Positions 36,462 to 45,416 of a stretch of 64,000 nt of DNA are shown here, one piece after another. The stretch's first letter is position 1. Each line of letters begins with the position of its first letter. The stretch lies in contig JAKAGU010000001.1 in assembly GCA_021825655.1 (NCBI GenBank), forward strand, positions 50,358-114,357. Reading direction: 5' to 3'. Source of the stretch: a bacterium (GTDB lineage Bacteria > Patescibacteriota > Doudnabacteria > UBA920). The notes under the pieces are model-generated. The model saw only the letters and a program-made list of their open reading frames with translations, was not told where the DNA came from and made no database searches. A program made the translations under genes and the position numbers.

Positions 36462-36944
36462 TTAGTTAAATTTGGTGTTAGCCAGAGCAATGGCGTGCTC
36501 TTCCTCTTCGGTGAGCTGGGTTTCGGCCTTGCCGTGAGCCAGCTGTTTGGCGTAAATGCGGTTTTGCTCCCGGCCGTGCATGGAAGTGATTACCACTCCG
36601 GTGTTGTGCCCGTCGAGCAGTGCCAAAGTGAAACTAAAATTGCCCCCGCCATCTGCGAATGGGTTAAACCGGTGTACGCCAATTTGCTGGATGGCAAAAG
36701 TCGAGCTGGTCTTCAGGGAGGCCAAGCTAGCTTCCAGCACGGTTTTTTCGTCTTCCAGGAGCTGGAGTTTCTGCGTAAGTTCCATAAGGACGTTTTCCAG
36801 ATCGCGCCCGTTCCGGCCTGCAAAAAAAGCCTTGCGCACCCGGTTGAAAGCCAGGTTTTGCCAAAACAAAAACCCAATCAAAAACAGGCAGATTAGGCTT
36901 AAAATCAAGGCAAAGAGGCTTAGGTTGGTGATGGTGGTTGGCAT
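36462..36944 (-). CDS. DUF4446 family protein
   Basis: TM + coiled coil + RFNPF..GGNFSFTLALLD...G.VITS.HGRE..RIYAK. Confidence 0.85.
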   Translation of the reverse strand: MPTTITNLSLFALILSLICLFLIGFLFWQNLAFNRVRKAFFAGRNGRDLENVLMELTQKLQLLEDEKTVLEASLASLKTSSTFAIQQIGVHRFNPFADGGGNFSFTLALLDGHNTGVVITSMHGREQNRIYAKQLAHGKAETQLTEEEEHAIALANTKFN

Positions 36945-37068
36945 TTTTGGCTTTGTTATTGTAACACTCTTAAAGGTTGCTTTCAAATGGCTAAAATGTT
37001 AAAATACCCCTGCTTCTCTCCTGCCATCCAAGGCAAAAGCAGCGTTAATTTAGACTTAAAGCAACCTT

Positions 37069-37272
37069 ATGAGCAAGAACCGAAATTCTTCTAGCCCCAA
37101 ACCCGTGAGTTCTCCGGAACTGCAAGCGGCCGAGCATGTGATTATCAGCCACGACTTGTGGAAAGTGCTTATTTTAAATGTGATTTATCTGGCGGGCCTT
37201 TTGGCTTTGTATTATGCCAACCAACAAACCCATTTTTTGGAAAATTGGTTCAGCAAACTCATGAGCATGTAA
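37069..37272 (+). CDS. Small single-TM hypothetical protein
   Basis: 67 aa, one hydrophobic helix, followed by a terminator-like hairpin. Confidence 0.55.
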   Translation: MSKNRNSSSPKPVSSPELQAAEHVIISHDLWKVLILNVIYLAGLLALYYANQQTHFLENWFSKLMSM

Positions 37273-37325
37273 GCTTTCGGATTTAATAACCGGCCACTCT
37301 GGCCGGTTTTTTGTTTTTGTGATAC

Positions 37326-37347
37326 AATATATCATATATGATATATT
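37326..37347. promoter_or_regulatory. Perfect 22-bp palindrome, putative operator
   Basis: AATATATCATATATGATATATT, 13 bp before the ATG of the XRE-MurA fusion. Confidence 0.7.
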
Positions 37348-37360
37348 AACTTTTATTACT

Positions 37361-38875
37361 ATGACTACCCAAAAGATGATTGGCCAGCTAATCTCCAGAC
37401 TCCGCGAACAAAAGGGTCTGACCCAGGCGCAGTTTGCGAGAAGCCTTAAAACCAGCCAGTCCGCCGTGGCCCGCATGGAAAACGGTTTGCAGAACCTGAG
37501 TACGGAAATGCTGGAAAAAATTGGGGACATACTGAAAAAACCCCTGATTGCGCTGGCGGGAGACTCGGTTAATTTAAGGATTGAGGGCGGCCACAAATTG
37601 TCCGGCCGGGTTGCCACCAACACTTCCAAGAACGCCGCCATGGGCCTTTTGGCCGCCAGCTTGTTGAACGCCGGGCAGACTACCTTAAAAAACGTGCCAA
37701 GAATTGAAGAGGTTAACCGGATGCTTGAGGTGCTTTCAAGCATCGGAGTCAGGGCTGAATGGCAGGGCCAGGATTTAAAAATTACACCCCCGAAAAAATT
37801 CAATCTCAAGAACCTAAATGCCGAAGCCGCGGTCAAAACCCGCAGTATTTTAATGCTTATCGGGCCGTTGGTGCATTTGTTTAGGCATTTTAAGTTGCCG
37901 GTTGCCGGCGGCTGCAAGTTGGGTGCGCGCACTATCCGCCCGCATTTATATGCTTTAGAGAAGCTGGGTGTGAATATCCAGACCAGCCACGACCAGTATG
38001 ATATTAGCGTGCAGGGTTTGGCGTCCGCAGAGGTAGTTCTTTATGAAACCGGCGATACGGTAACGGAAAACGCTCTGCTGGCCGCGGCCAAATTGCCGGG
38101 TAGGACCGTTATCAAATATGCCTCCTCGAATTATATGGTCCAGGATGTATGCTTCTTTTTGGAAAAGTTGGGCGTGCGGGTTGAAGGTTTAGGCACTTCC
38201 ACTCTGGTTGTTCATGGCAAGCCGGAAATTAAGGCGGACGTGGAGTACTATTTAAGCGAAGACCCGATTGAGTCCATGCTTTTTTTGTCCATTGCTGCTA
38301 CCACGAATTCCAGCATCACCATTGAGCGCTGCCCTATAGATTTTTTGGAACTGGAACTGCTTAAGCTGGAAAAGATGGGCTTGAAATTCCAAATCCAAAA
38401 ACACTATAAAGCCCGCAACGGCCGGACTAACCTGGTGGATATAAAAACTTTGCCTTCCAAGCTTACGGCTTTGGAAGAAAAGATTCATCCCCTGCCTTAC
38501 CCCGGCATTAACATAGATAACTTGCCGTTTTTTGTCCCAATTGCCACGCAGGCCGAAGGCTCTACCCTGATTCATGATTGGGTCTACGAAAACCGGGCCA
38601 TCTATTATTTGGAATTATCTAAACTTAGGGCCAATATCATCCTGGCCGATCCGCATCGGGTGTACATTGAGGGGCCTACGGAGTTGCGCGCGGCCGAGGT
38701 AATTTGTCCCCCAGCCTTAAGGCCAGCAGCAATTATTCTGATTGGCATGCTGGCGGCCAAAGGCACTTCGGTGTTGCGGAACGTGTACTCCATTTCCCGC
38801 GGCTACGAGGATCTGGTTAACCGGTTAAAAAAACTGGGCGCAAAAATTGAAATCATCAACAGTCTTGGTATATAG
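37361..38875 (+). CDS. murA: XRE-HTH fused UDP-N-acetylglucosamine 1-carboxyvinyltransferase
   Basis: N-terminal LREQKGLTQAQFA..TSQSAVARMENG; then SKNA, GGCKLGAR, ENALLAA, RGYEDL. Confidence 0.9.
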   Translation: MTTQKMIGQLISRLREQKGLTQAQFARSLKTSQSAVARMENGLQNLSTEMLEKIGDILKKPLIALAGDSVNLRIEGGHKLSGRVATNTSKNAAMGLLAASLLNAGQTTLKNVPRIEEVNRMLEVLSSIGVRAEWQGQDLKITPPKKFNLKNLNAEAAVKTRSILMLIGPLVHLFRHFKLPVAGGCKLGARTIRPHLYALEKLGVNIQTSHDQYDISVQGLASAEVVLYETGDTVTENALLAAAKLPGRTVIKYASSNYMVQDVCFFLEKLGVRVEGLGTSTLVVHGKPEIKADVEYYLSEDPIESMLFLSIAATTNSSITIERCPIDFLELELLKLEKMGLKFQIQKHYKARNGRTNLVDIKTLPSKLTALEEKIHPLPYPGINIDNLPFFVPIATQAEGSTLIHDWVYENRAIYYLELSKLRANIILADPHRVYIEGPTELRAAEVICPPALRPAAIILIGMLAAKGTSVLRNVYSISRGYEDLVNRLKKLGAKIEIINSLGI

Positions 38876-38918
38876 GCTGAAATAAAAATACCCGCCGTTC
38901 GGCGGGTTTTTTTATTAT

Positions 38919-38992
38919 TGGTGGACCTGGGGGGAATCGAACCCCCGCCTCGGCAATGCGAATGCCGCGTAATACCACTTTACTACAGGCCC
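38919..38992 (-). tRNA. tRNA-Ala(CGC)
   Basis: CGGCA-TTCGCAT-TGCCG, G3-U70, CCA. Confidence 0.93.
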
Positions 38993-39036
38993 TAAATTAC
39001 TGTCTAATTTTATCTGATTATGTTAAATTAGTAAAT

Positions 39037-39507
39037 ATGTTAAAGGTACGGATTATAACTCTAGGCAAGTTTAAAGAAAAAGCTTTTTTGGAATTGGAAA
39101 AAGAGTATTTAAAGCGCCTCTCCCCTTTCGCTAAAATAAAAATTGTCGAATTGCCCGAAGAGCCCTACCGCAGCCACGATGACGCGGAAAAAATTAAGCA
39201 GAAAGAAGCGGAAAAAATCGTTAAGCAGCTGCCGGAAGATGCTTTGGTAATGCTTTTGGAAGAAAAAGGCACCCTCAGGAGCTCTAGAGATTTTGCGAAT
39301 TTTGTTGAACGCGTGGGCGGTTTTGGCAGAGAACTGGTGTTTGTGTTGGGCAGCGGTTTGGGGTTGCATAGCAGCCTGAAAGAACATGCTAATTATTCCA
39401 TTTCGCTTTCCCCTCTTACCTTTACCCATAATTTTGCCCGCGTGCTTTTGGAAGAGCAGCTCTACCGGGCCTGTACACTAATTAACCACAAAGACTACCA
39501 TAAATAG
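39037..39507 (+). CDS. rlmH: 23S rRNA m3-pseudouridine1915 methyltransferase
   Basis: EYLKRL, SLSPLTFTH..ARVLLEEQLYRA, YHK. Confidence 0.95.
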   Translation: MLKVRIITLGKFKEKAFLELEKEYLKRLSPFAKIKIVELPEEPYRSHDDAEKIKQKEAEKIVKQLPEDALVMLLEEKGTLRSSRDFANFVERVGGFGRELVFVLGSGLGLHSSLKEHANYSISLSPLTFTHNFARVLLEEQLYRACTLINHKDYHK

Positions 39508-39558
39508 ACAGTGGATTTTGCAGAATAAAAAAACAGCCCGTTGGAATGGGCTGTTTTT

Positions 39559-40875
39559 TTAGTTTGCGGAAGCTTGGGCAGGCGGTTTCGTGGCCAGCGC
39601 AGCTGCGCCCAGAAAAACCCAAAGCAGTAGCTGGGTTTGTTCAAGCGTGTAAAAATAGTGGTCAAACTGCATGAGGACAAAAATGGCAAAATAAAGCGAA
39701 AGTAACAGCATGCCCAAAAGACTGCCTTGCTTGGCAAGCCGTATCGCGGCTGGAACGTCTCGCCAAAACAGCCACAGTAGTATAAGCATGCCCGGCAAGC
39801 CTAATTCTGCGGCTGAGAGCAAAAAGTAGTTATGTACTGGTTGTTTTTCCCAGGGCTGCAACCTTTGGTTCAGGAATTGTTCCATATGAAGCACGCTCTC
39901 CCCTATTCCAACCCCAAACACTGGGTGGGTTTGAACCATTTTTAAACCAGCTTCGTTGTATTTCATTCTTTCCAGCGTGGAATTATCAGTGATTGTTGCC
40001 CGGGTGGAGAGCCAGGGCCAAAAAATTAACAAGCAAGAAATTATTGTGAGCGTAATGGCGAGCACAGGCAAACGCAAGCCCTGTGTTTTTTTTAGAATCA
40101 AAAAAATAAGCAAGGCCCCAAGCCCCCCAAGCCCTGCCAAATAGCCTGCCCGGGAAAAGGTTACCGTAAGACCAAAAAGGTTAAGCACGAGGAGGCAGGT
40201 GGCAAAAACTTGTCCAAATTTCTTTGGTGCGCTTAGAAGTAGGTATAGGGATATTACAGCAGATATTGCCAGAAAAGCTGAAAGCAGGTTGGGGTGGGGA
40301 AAGGTTCCATAACTGCGGATGTATACTGTTCCACTTGAAACAATTTTTGCTACCCCAGAAATACTGGGCCCAATCAGGTTTTCGCCCAGCCACTTTAGTC
40401 CAACTGACCTTTGCAACCAGAACTGAACCAGCCCCAAAATTGATTCAAGTGAACCTAGGCTGGCAAAAAGCCAAGCTAGCTGTTGTTTATTGGAAATCTT
40501 TCCAAGCATGATAACCGTTGTTCCATATGCAACAAGTAATTCCGCATATTTAAAGAAAAAATATAGGTTTAAGGATTTATAATCTTGAAAATGGATAATT
40601 AAGCCTAAAATAAGCCAAAAAATGAGTATTACAGGCTTTCTCACCACGTGGTAGAATGACTTTAATTCTCCACCACGTGGTAGAAATAAGCAGCACCACG
40701 TGGTGAGAAGTAATAAATCGCTTAAATATAAGGAAAATGAAGTAAAATCTGAATATGCCCCGGTTTGGTAAGCTGAATTTGAAAAAAACACATGCCTTAG
40801 GGGCAGGAACATACTAATAATGAATAAAAAAAAGCTTATTTTAGCGGCTTTTTGGAAAGTTTCCCGTGAAAACAT
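39559..40875 (-). CDS. O-antigen ligase family membrane protein carrying parS-like sites
   Basis: RSYGTFPHPN, TFSRAG, HPVFGVGIG, PVHNYFLL. Confidence 0.85.
   Translation of the reverse strand: MFSRETFQKAAKISFFLFIISMFLPLRHVFFSNSAYQTGAYSDFTSFSLYLSDLLLLTTWCCLFLPRGGELKSFYHVVRKPVILIFWLILGLIIHFQDYKSLNLYFFFKYAELLVAYGTTVIMLGKISNKQQLAWLFASLGSLESILGLVQFWLQRSVGLKWLGENLIGPSISGVAKIVSSGTVYIRSYGTFPHPNLLSAFLAISAVISLYLLLSAPKKFGQVFATCLLVLNLFGLTVTFSRAGYLAGLGGLGALLIFLILKKTQGLRLPVLAITLTIISCLLIFWPWLSTRATITDNSTLERMKYNEAGLKMVQTHPVFGVGIGESVLHMEQFLNQRLQPWEKQPVHNYFLLSAAELGLPGMLILLWLFWRDVPAAIRLAKQGSLLGMLLLSLYFAIFVLMQFDHYFYTLEQTQLLLWVFLGAAALATKPPAQASAN
39878..40873. repeat. Cluster of parS-like palindromes
   Basis: TGTTCCACTTGAAACA 40327-40342, TGTTCCATATGCAACA 40519-40534, TGTTCCATATGAAGCA 39878-39893, three ACCACGTGGT cores at 40643, 40672 and 40695. 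Confidence 0.6.
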
Positions 40876-40988
40876 ATATACTATTTACAAAATAAACAAT
40901 TTATGGTATAATATATTATAAAGAAATTTGCCGAATCCATAGGCATTTTATCATGCTCTGGGTTTATGATATAATTTTCGGGTCTAAC

Positions 40989-41063
40989 GCCTTCGTAGCT
41001 CAATGGATAGAGCAAATCCGTCCTAAGGATGAGATGTAGGTTCGATTCCTACCGAGGGCACCA
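40989..41063 (+). tRNA. tRNA-Arg(CCT)
   Basis: ATCC-GTCCTAA-GGAT anticodon arm, TTCGATT, CCA. Confidence 0.93.
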
Positions 41064-41081
41064 AAATTAAACAAAAAAACC

Positions 41082-41345
41082 ATGATTGAGCCAGAACTCA
41101 AGACCCAATTAGAAAAAATCGACAACCATTTGGTTGGTATTTTTCATAAGACCGAGAGTCTGTGGCGGGCTTTTGTTCGGGGAATGCTGCAGGGCATTGG
41201 GAGTATTGTTGGGATTGCGCTGGCAATTTTGGTGATTGGCTGGATTCTGAATGTTTTGGGTATAATTCCCGGGATCAGAGAACAGGCCCAAGAGTGGCAG
41301 AGTTTGTGGAAGCAAACACTTGAACAAGTTCAAAAAGTCAGGTAA
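41082..41345 (+). CDS. Small membrane protein (DUF5665-like)
   Basis: FVRGMLQGIGSIVG pattern, one or two TM helices. Confidence 0.65.
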   Translation: MIEPELKTQLEKIDNHLVGIFHKTESLWRAFVRGMLQGIGSIVGIALAILVIGWILNVLGIIPGIREQAQEWQSLWKQTLEQVQKVR

Positions 41346-41364
41346 AATTAGGCGTACCTAGTCA

Positions 41365-41440
41365 GGGCCATTAGCTCATTTGGTAGAGCGCTTCCATGGC
41401 ATGGAAGAGGCGACCGGTTCAAATCCGGTATGGTCCACCA
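41365..41440 (+). tRNA. tRNA-Ala(GGC)
   Basis: CTTCC-ATGGCAT-GGAAG, G3-U70, CCA. Confidence 0.95.
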
Positions 41441-41516
41441 TCACAAAACCCGCGTTAAGCGCGGGTTTTGTGTATCTGTATAGTATAATAAAGATAAGAA
41501 GTTTAAATACAAAAAA

Positions 41517-41747
41517 ATGGCAGACTATAACCAGGAACAAGCCGACGCCAGGCACCGCGAAAGGCGCGACCGGCTGCAGTCCATGAGAAACGAGCTGAGC
41601 GATGTTTTGAATGATTATTACGAAAGTTTTCCGGAAAACGAAACAGGGGAGAGGGACTTGGAATACAGGATCGAGGAAAGGCTGAGAAGGCTGGAGCGGG
41701 AAATGGACGCCTTTATTGCAGATTTTAGAAACCTGGCCAACAGATAA
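41517..41747 (+). CDS. Small charged helical hypothetical protein
   Basis: 76 aa Arg/Glu-rich ORF with upstream TATAAT. Confidence 0.6.
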   Translation: MADYNQEQADARHRERRDRLQSMRNELSDVLNDYYESFPENETGERDLEYRIEERLRRLEREMDAFIADFRNLANR

Positions 41748-41816
41748 CTGGCCCGTGTTTTTATGGGCTTGCTGTATTGCCAAAAACCCAATAAATCTTT
41801 ATAATTAGGGCTGTTT

Positions 41817-41890
41817 CGGGATGTAGTATACCGGTAGTACGCGCGCTTCGGGTGCGTGAAGACAGGGTTCGATTCCCTGCATCCCGACCA
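41817..41890 (+). tRNA. tRNA-Pro(CGG)
   Basis: CGGGATG acceptor, CGCGC-TTCGGGT-GCGTG, CCA. Confidence 0.94.
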
Positions 41891-41950
41891 TGATTGAACC
41901 CCGGCAAAACCGGGGTTTTGTCTTAGGTTGACTAGTGTTATGATTTAAAT

Positions 41951-42712
41951 ATGGATCAACAGGTAATTATAGGTAGCCATCTTATTAGTTTTAAGAGTCT
42001 AAATTTTCAAGCGGGCAGGACCGCGATAGTGTTTTTGCATGGATGGGGAAGCAGCAAAGAAGCTTGGCAGGGGATTGAGACGCGATTGAAAACTACGGAC
42101 CAAGCCGTCCTTGCTTTGGATTTGCCGGGTTTTGGCGCATCCCCTTTGTCCAGGCAGGATTTGTCCATTGCGGATTACGCGGCCATTGTGGCCGGGTTTG
42201 TAAAGAAGCAGGATTTGGCCAAAGTTAATATTGTGGGACATTCTTTTGGTGGCCGGATTGGTATAAAGCTGGCCGCCCAGTATCCCGAGTTGGTTGCGAA
42301 ATTGGTTTTGGTGGACAGCGCGGGCTTTGCCATGGAAAGCAGAAAAAAAAGCGGATACGGATTTGTCGCCAAGCTGGTAAAGCCATTTTTTAAGCCCGCC
42401 TCTATGCAGGGTTTAAGAAAGTGGGTTTACAAGCTGATTGGTGCAGAAGACTATTTGGCCACTCCGGCCCTGCAAAAAACTTTTATAAAAGCGGTGGGCG
42501 AGGATTTGGCCGGGGACATGAAAAAAATTGCGTGCCCCACGCTTGTTGTTTTTGGCGAAAAAGACACGGATACGCCCCTGGAGTTTGGTGAACGCATGCA
42601 TAAGCTGATTGCGGGCTCTGAGTTTCACGTGTTGGCCGACGCGGGGCATTACAGTTTTTTGGACAAGCCTGAGGAATTTACCATACTTTTAAAAGAATTT
42701 ATTAGGCAATGA
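41951..42712 (+). CDS. Alpha/beta hydrolase
   Basis: FLHGWG, DLPGFG, GHSFGG, AGH. Confidence 0.92.
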   Translation: MDQQVIIGSHLISFKSLNFQAGRTAIVFLHGWGSSKEAWQGIETRLKTTDQAVLALDLPGFGASPLSRQDLSIADYAAIVAGFVKKQDLAKVNIVGHSFGGRIGIKLAAQYPELVAKLVLVDSAGFAMESRKKSGYGFVAKLVKPFFKPASMQGLRKWVYKLIGAEDYLATPALQKTFIKAVGEDLAGDMKKIACPTLVVFGEKDTDTPLEFGERMHKLIAGSEFHVLADAGHYSFLDKPEEFTILLKEFIRQ

Positions 42713-44133
42713 AATTTTTTACCGCTGTACCCAAATATCAGCTGTATTTGCTGCAGCTGGAAAATTACGAACTAACCAGGTTCTGGAAGCTGCTTTTTAA
42801 AAAAGGGTTTTTACCCCAACCTCAGCAAAGAAAGAACCTGGTCTGGACAGGGAAAGCCGCGGCAATTTTCGTCCTGGCAGAGCTTTTTAATGTGCTAATG
42901 GGCGCCCTGTTTTTTTTGTTCTACAGGTTTGGTCTGGGCATTTTTTATGCCGCTGGTTTGGGCGTGCTGCTCTTTTTTGTTTTGAAAAGCCTGCCGTTTT
43001 TCGCTTACAGTTTGGCTGTAATAATCTTGTGGCCGTTGGACTGGTTGTTGAAACGAGTTTTGGTTTTCAGGGCGCGCCATAAGATTAACGCCATGCCGAC
43101 GCTAAAAGTTATCGGCATAGCGGGCAGCTACGGCAAGACTACCATGAAGGAGGTTCTGTCAGGGGTTTTAAGCACGAAACTGAAAGTGGCAGCCACGCCG
43201 GAAAGCGTAAACACGCCCGTGGGTATTGCCCGATGGGTGCTGAAAAACATAAACCCTTCGGTTGAGGTGGCTGTGGTGGAGATGGGCGAGCACTACAAAG
43301 GCGATGTGGAAGAAGTGTGCGCCATTGCCAAACCTGACATTGCTGTAGTCACTGGCATTAACGAGGCGCATTTGGAAAGAATGAAAAGCCCGGAGAGTGT
43401 GATTGATACCATTTTTGAAATTGTTTCTTCTTCTAAGCCCGGCGCTTTGGTGCTGCTGAATGCGGACGATGAGAATGTGGCCGGGAATTTTAAGCAGTAT
43501 ATCTGGCCGGACCACAAGGTTGAAAGGTACAAGACGGAAGATTTAAGGAACAGCAGTTTTAATTCACAAACTTTACAGTGGGAAGCGGAGGTGGAGAACT
43601 TCGGACAAATAAAGATTAGTTTGCTCGGAAGTTATGCTTTGGGCGATGTAAGTGCAGCCATAAAAATTGCCAAAAGCCTTGGTATAAGTAATGAAGAGGT
43701 TAAGAAAGGCGTGGAAAAAATTCAGCCGGTGGAACACCGTTTGCAGCCCATTAAATCCGCTGGCGATATTTTGGTGATTGATGATGCCTATAATGGCAAT
43801 TCAACCGGGGTGACTGAGGCAATTAGGGCCCTGTCACGTTTTTACGGCCGGAGAAAAATTTATATTACACCCGGCCTGGTGGAAACTGGCAGCCGGGCTG
43901 CGGAGGTGCATAGACAAATTGGCCGGGAATTGGCAAGCACGGCGGATTTGGTTATCCTGATAAAGAACAGCGTGACGCCGTTCATTGCGGAAGGGCTTAA
44001 AGCGGCCGGGTATGCTCCGGAAAAAATTGTTTGGTTTGATACGGCCCAGGCAGCGCATGAAGATTTAAAAAATATTTTGAAGCCCAAGGATGTTGTTCTG
44101 TTCCAGAATGACTGGGGCGACCAGTATTTATAG
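42709..44133 (+). CDS. murF: MurF-like Mur ligase with N-terminal TM region
   Basis: GIAGSYGKTT, VNTPVG, VEMG, HRLQ, IDDAYN; precedes ddl. Confidence 0.85.
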   Translation: MKFFTAVPKYQLYLLQLENYELTRFWKLLFKKGFLPQPQQRKNLVWTGKAAAIFVLAELFNVLMGALFFLFYRFGLGIFYAAGLGVLLFFVLKSLPFFAYSLAVIILWPLDWLLKRVLVFRARHKINAMPTLKVIGIAGSYGKTTMKEVLSGVLSTKLKVAATPESVNTPVGIARWVLKNINPSVEVAVVEMGEHYKGDVEEVCAIAKPDIAVVTGINEAHLERMKSPESVIDTIFEIVSSSKPGALVLLNADDENVAGNFKQYIWPDHKVERYKTEDLRNSSFNSQTLQWEAEVENFGQIKISLLGSYALGDVSAAIKIAKSLGISNEEVKKGVEKIQPVEHRLQPIKSAGDILVIDDAYNGNSTGVTEAIRALSRFYGRRKIYITPGLVETGSRAAEVHRQIGRELASTADLVILIKNSVTPFIAEGLKAAGYAPEKIVWFDTAQAAHEDLKNILKPKDVVLFQNDWGDQYL

Positions 44134-44147
44134 GTAATCATATCCAT

Positions 44148-45338
44148 ATGGAAAAAAATAAAAAAACCATTGGCGTGTTCTTTGGCTCCGGCAGCCCGGA
44201 ACATGATGTGTCTATCATTACAGCGCAATTAATCATCTCCGGGCTTAAGGGTTTGGGCTATCCCGTGGTGCCCGTGTACATTACCAAGAAAGGCCAGTGG
44301 CTCCTAGGCGAGGATTTGGGCAATTTAAAGATGTTCACCGATCCCAACAAGAAAGTGGAAGAGGTTAAAAATTTTGCCCACTATTTTTTGGATATGGAAG
44401 AATCGTCCGGCAAAATGGTGTTTAAGAAAAAGGGTTTGGCCGGCAAGACCGTTACTATCGATTTGGCTTTCCCCGCGCTTCACGGTTCGTTTGGCGAAGA
44501 CGGGACCATCCAGGGGATGTTTGAAATGCTGGGTGTGCCCTATGTGGGGTGCAATGTGCCGGCTTCGGCTGTGGCCATGGACAAAGCCCTGACCAAACAG
44601 GTCATGCAGGCAAGCCAGATACCCACCACCAAGTTTGTGGTCTTTACCAAAACTGATTGGGAAGGGGATAAGCAGGGCGTGCTGACAAAGGTGAAAACCA
44701 ATTTGGCTTGGCCTATGTTTGTAAAACCCGTGCACTTGGGCTCATCCATTGGCATTGGCAAAGCCAAAGACGACAAGGCCTTGGAGGAAAAAATTGAAGT
44801 GGCGCTATTTTATGACCACAAGGTTCTGGTGGAAGAAGGAGTTAAGGAAGTTATGGACGTGACCTGCTGCCTGATTGGTAACGAAAAGTTACGGACCTCG
44901 GCGCTCCAGGAGTCGGTCTACAATGCCGACCTGTTTGATTTCGAAGAAAAATATCTGAAAGACGGCGGGGCGCAGACAGGTAAGGCGCAAAACAGCCTGG
45001 TGATTCCGGCGCGCCTGGATGAAACAACCACGAAACAGATTCAGGAAACGGCCAAGCAGGTGTACCGGGCTTTGGGGTGCACTGGTATTGCGCGCGTGGA
45101 TTTTCTTTATGACAAACAATCTAAAATGTTTTACGCCAACGAAGTTAATCCTTTGCCGGGCACTTTATACCACCATTTGTGGAAAGCTTCGGGTTTGGAG
45201 TTGCCGGAGCTTTTGCAGCAGCTTGTGCGTTTGGCTGAAGAGCATTACCAAAAACAGCGCGAAGTGAACTACACTTTTGAATCTTCTTTGTTGAAGAGCC
45301 TGAATTCGACCAAGCTCAATTCGCAAAAGCTGAAATAG
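44148..45338 (+). CDS. ddl: D-alanine--D-alanine ligase
   Basis: SPEHDVS, HGSFGEDGTIQG, GSSIG, FEEKY, NEVNPLPG. Confidence 0.95.
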   Translation: MEKNKKTIGVFFGSGSPEHDVSIITAQLIISGLKGLGYPVVPVYITKKGQWLLGEDLGNLKMFTDPNKKVEEVKNFAHYFLDMEESSGKMVFKKKGLAGKTVTIDLAFPALHGSFGEDGTIQGMFEMLGVPYVGCNVPASAVAMDKALTKQVMQASQIPTTKFVVFTKTDWEGDKQGVLTKVKTNLAWPMFVKPVHLGSSIGIGKAKDDKALEEKIEVALFYDHKVLVEEGVKEVMDVTCCLIGNEKLRTSALQESVYNADLFDFEEKYLKDGGAQTGKAQNSLVIPARLDETTTKQIQETAKQVYRALGCTGIARVDFLYDKQSKMFYANEVNPLPGTLYHHLWKASGLELPELLQQLVRLAEEHYQKQREVNYTFESSLLKSLNSTKLNSQKLK

Positions 45339-45416
45339 CGTTACATAACTAATTTGGGCCTGCTTGAAATAAACACGGTGAAACGCTTTAAGCTTTCGCC
45401 GTGTTTTATATAGAAC

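Noticed and set aside
40642-40704. CACCACGTGGT x3 as CRISPR repeats or a protein repeat
   Set aside because: Repeats are too short, spacing is irregular and reading frames differ; a DNA-binding-site interpretation fits better.
40876-40988. Second origin at the gene-strand switch
   Set aside because: AT-rich but without DnaA boxes; explained by divergent promoters, and a full oriC signature is present at dnaA.
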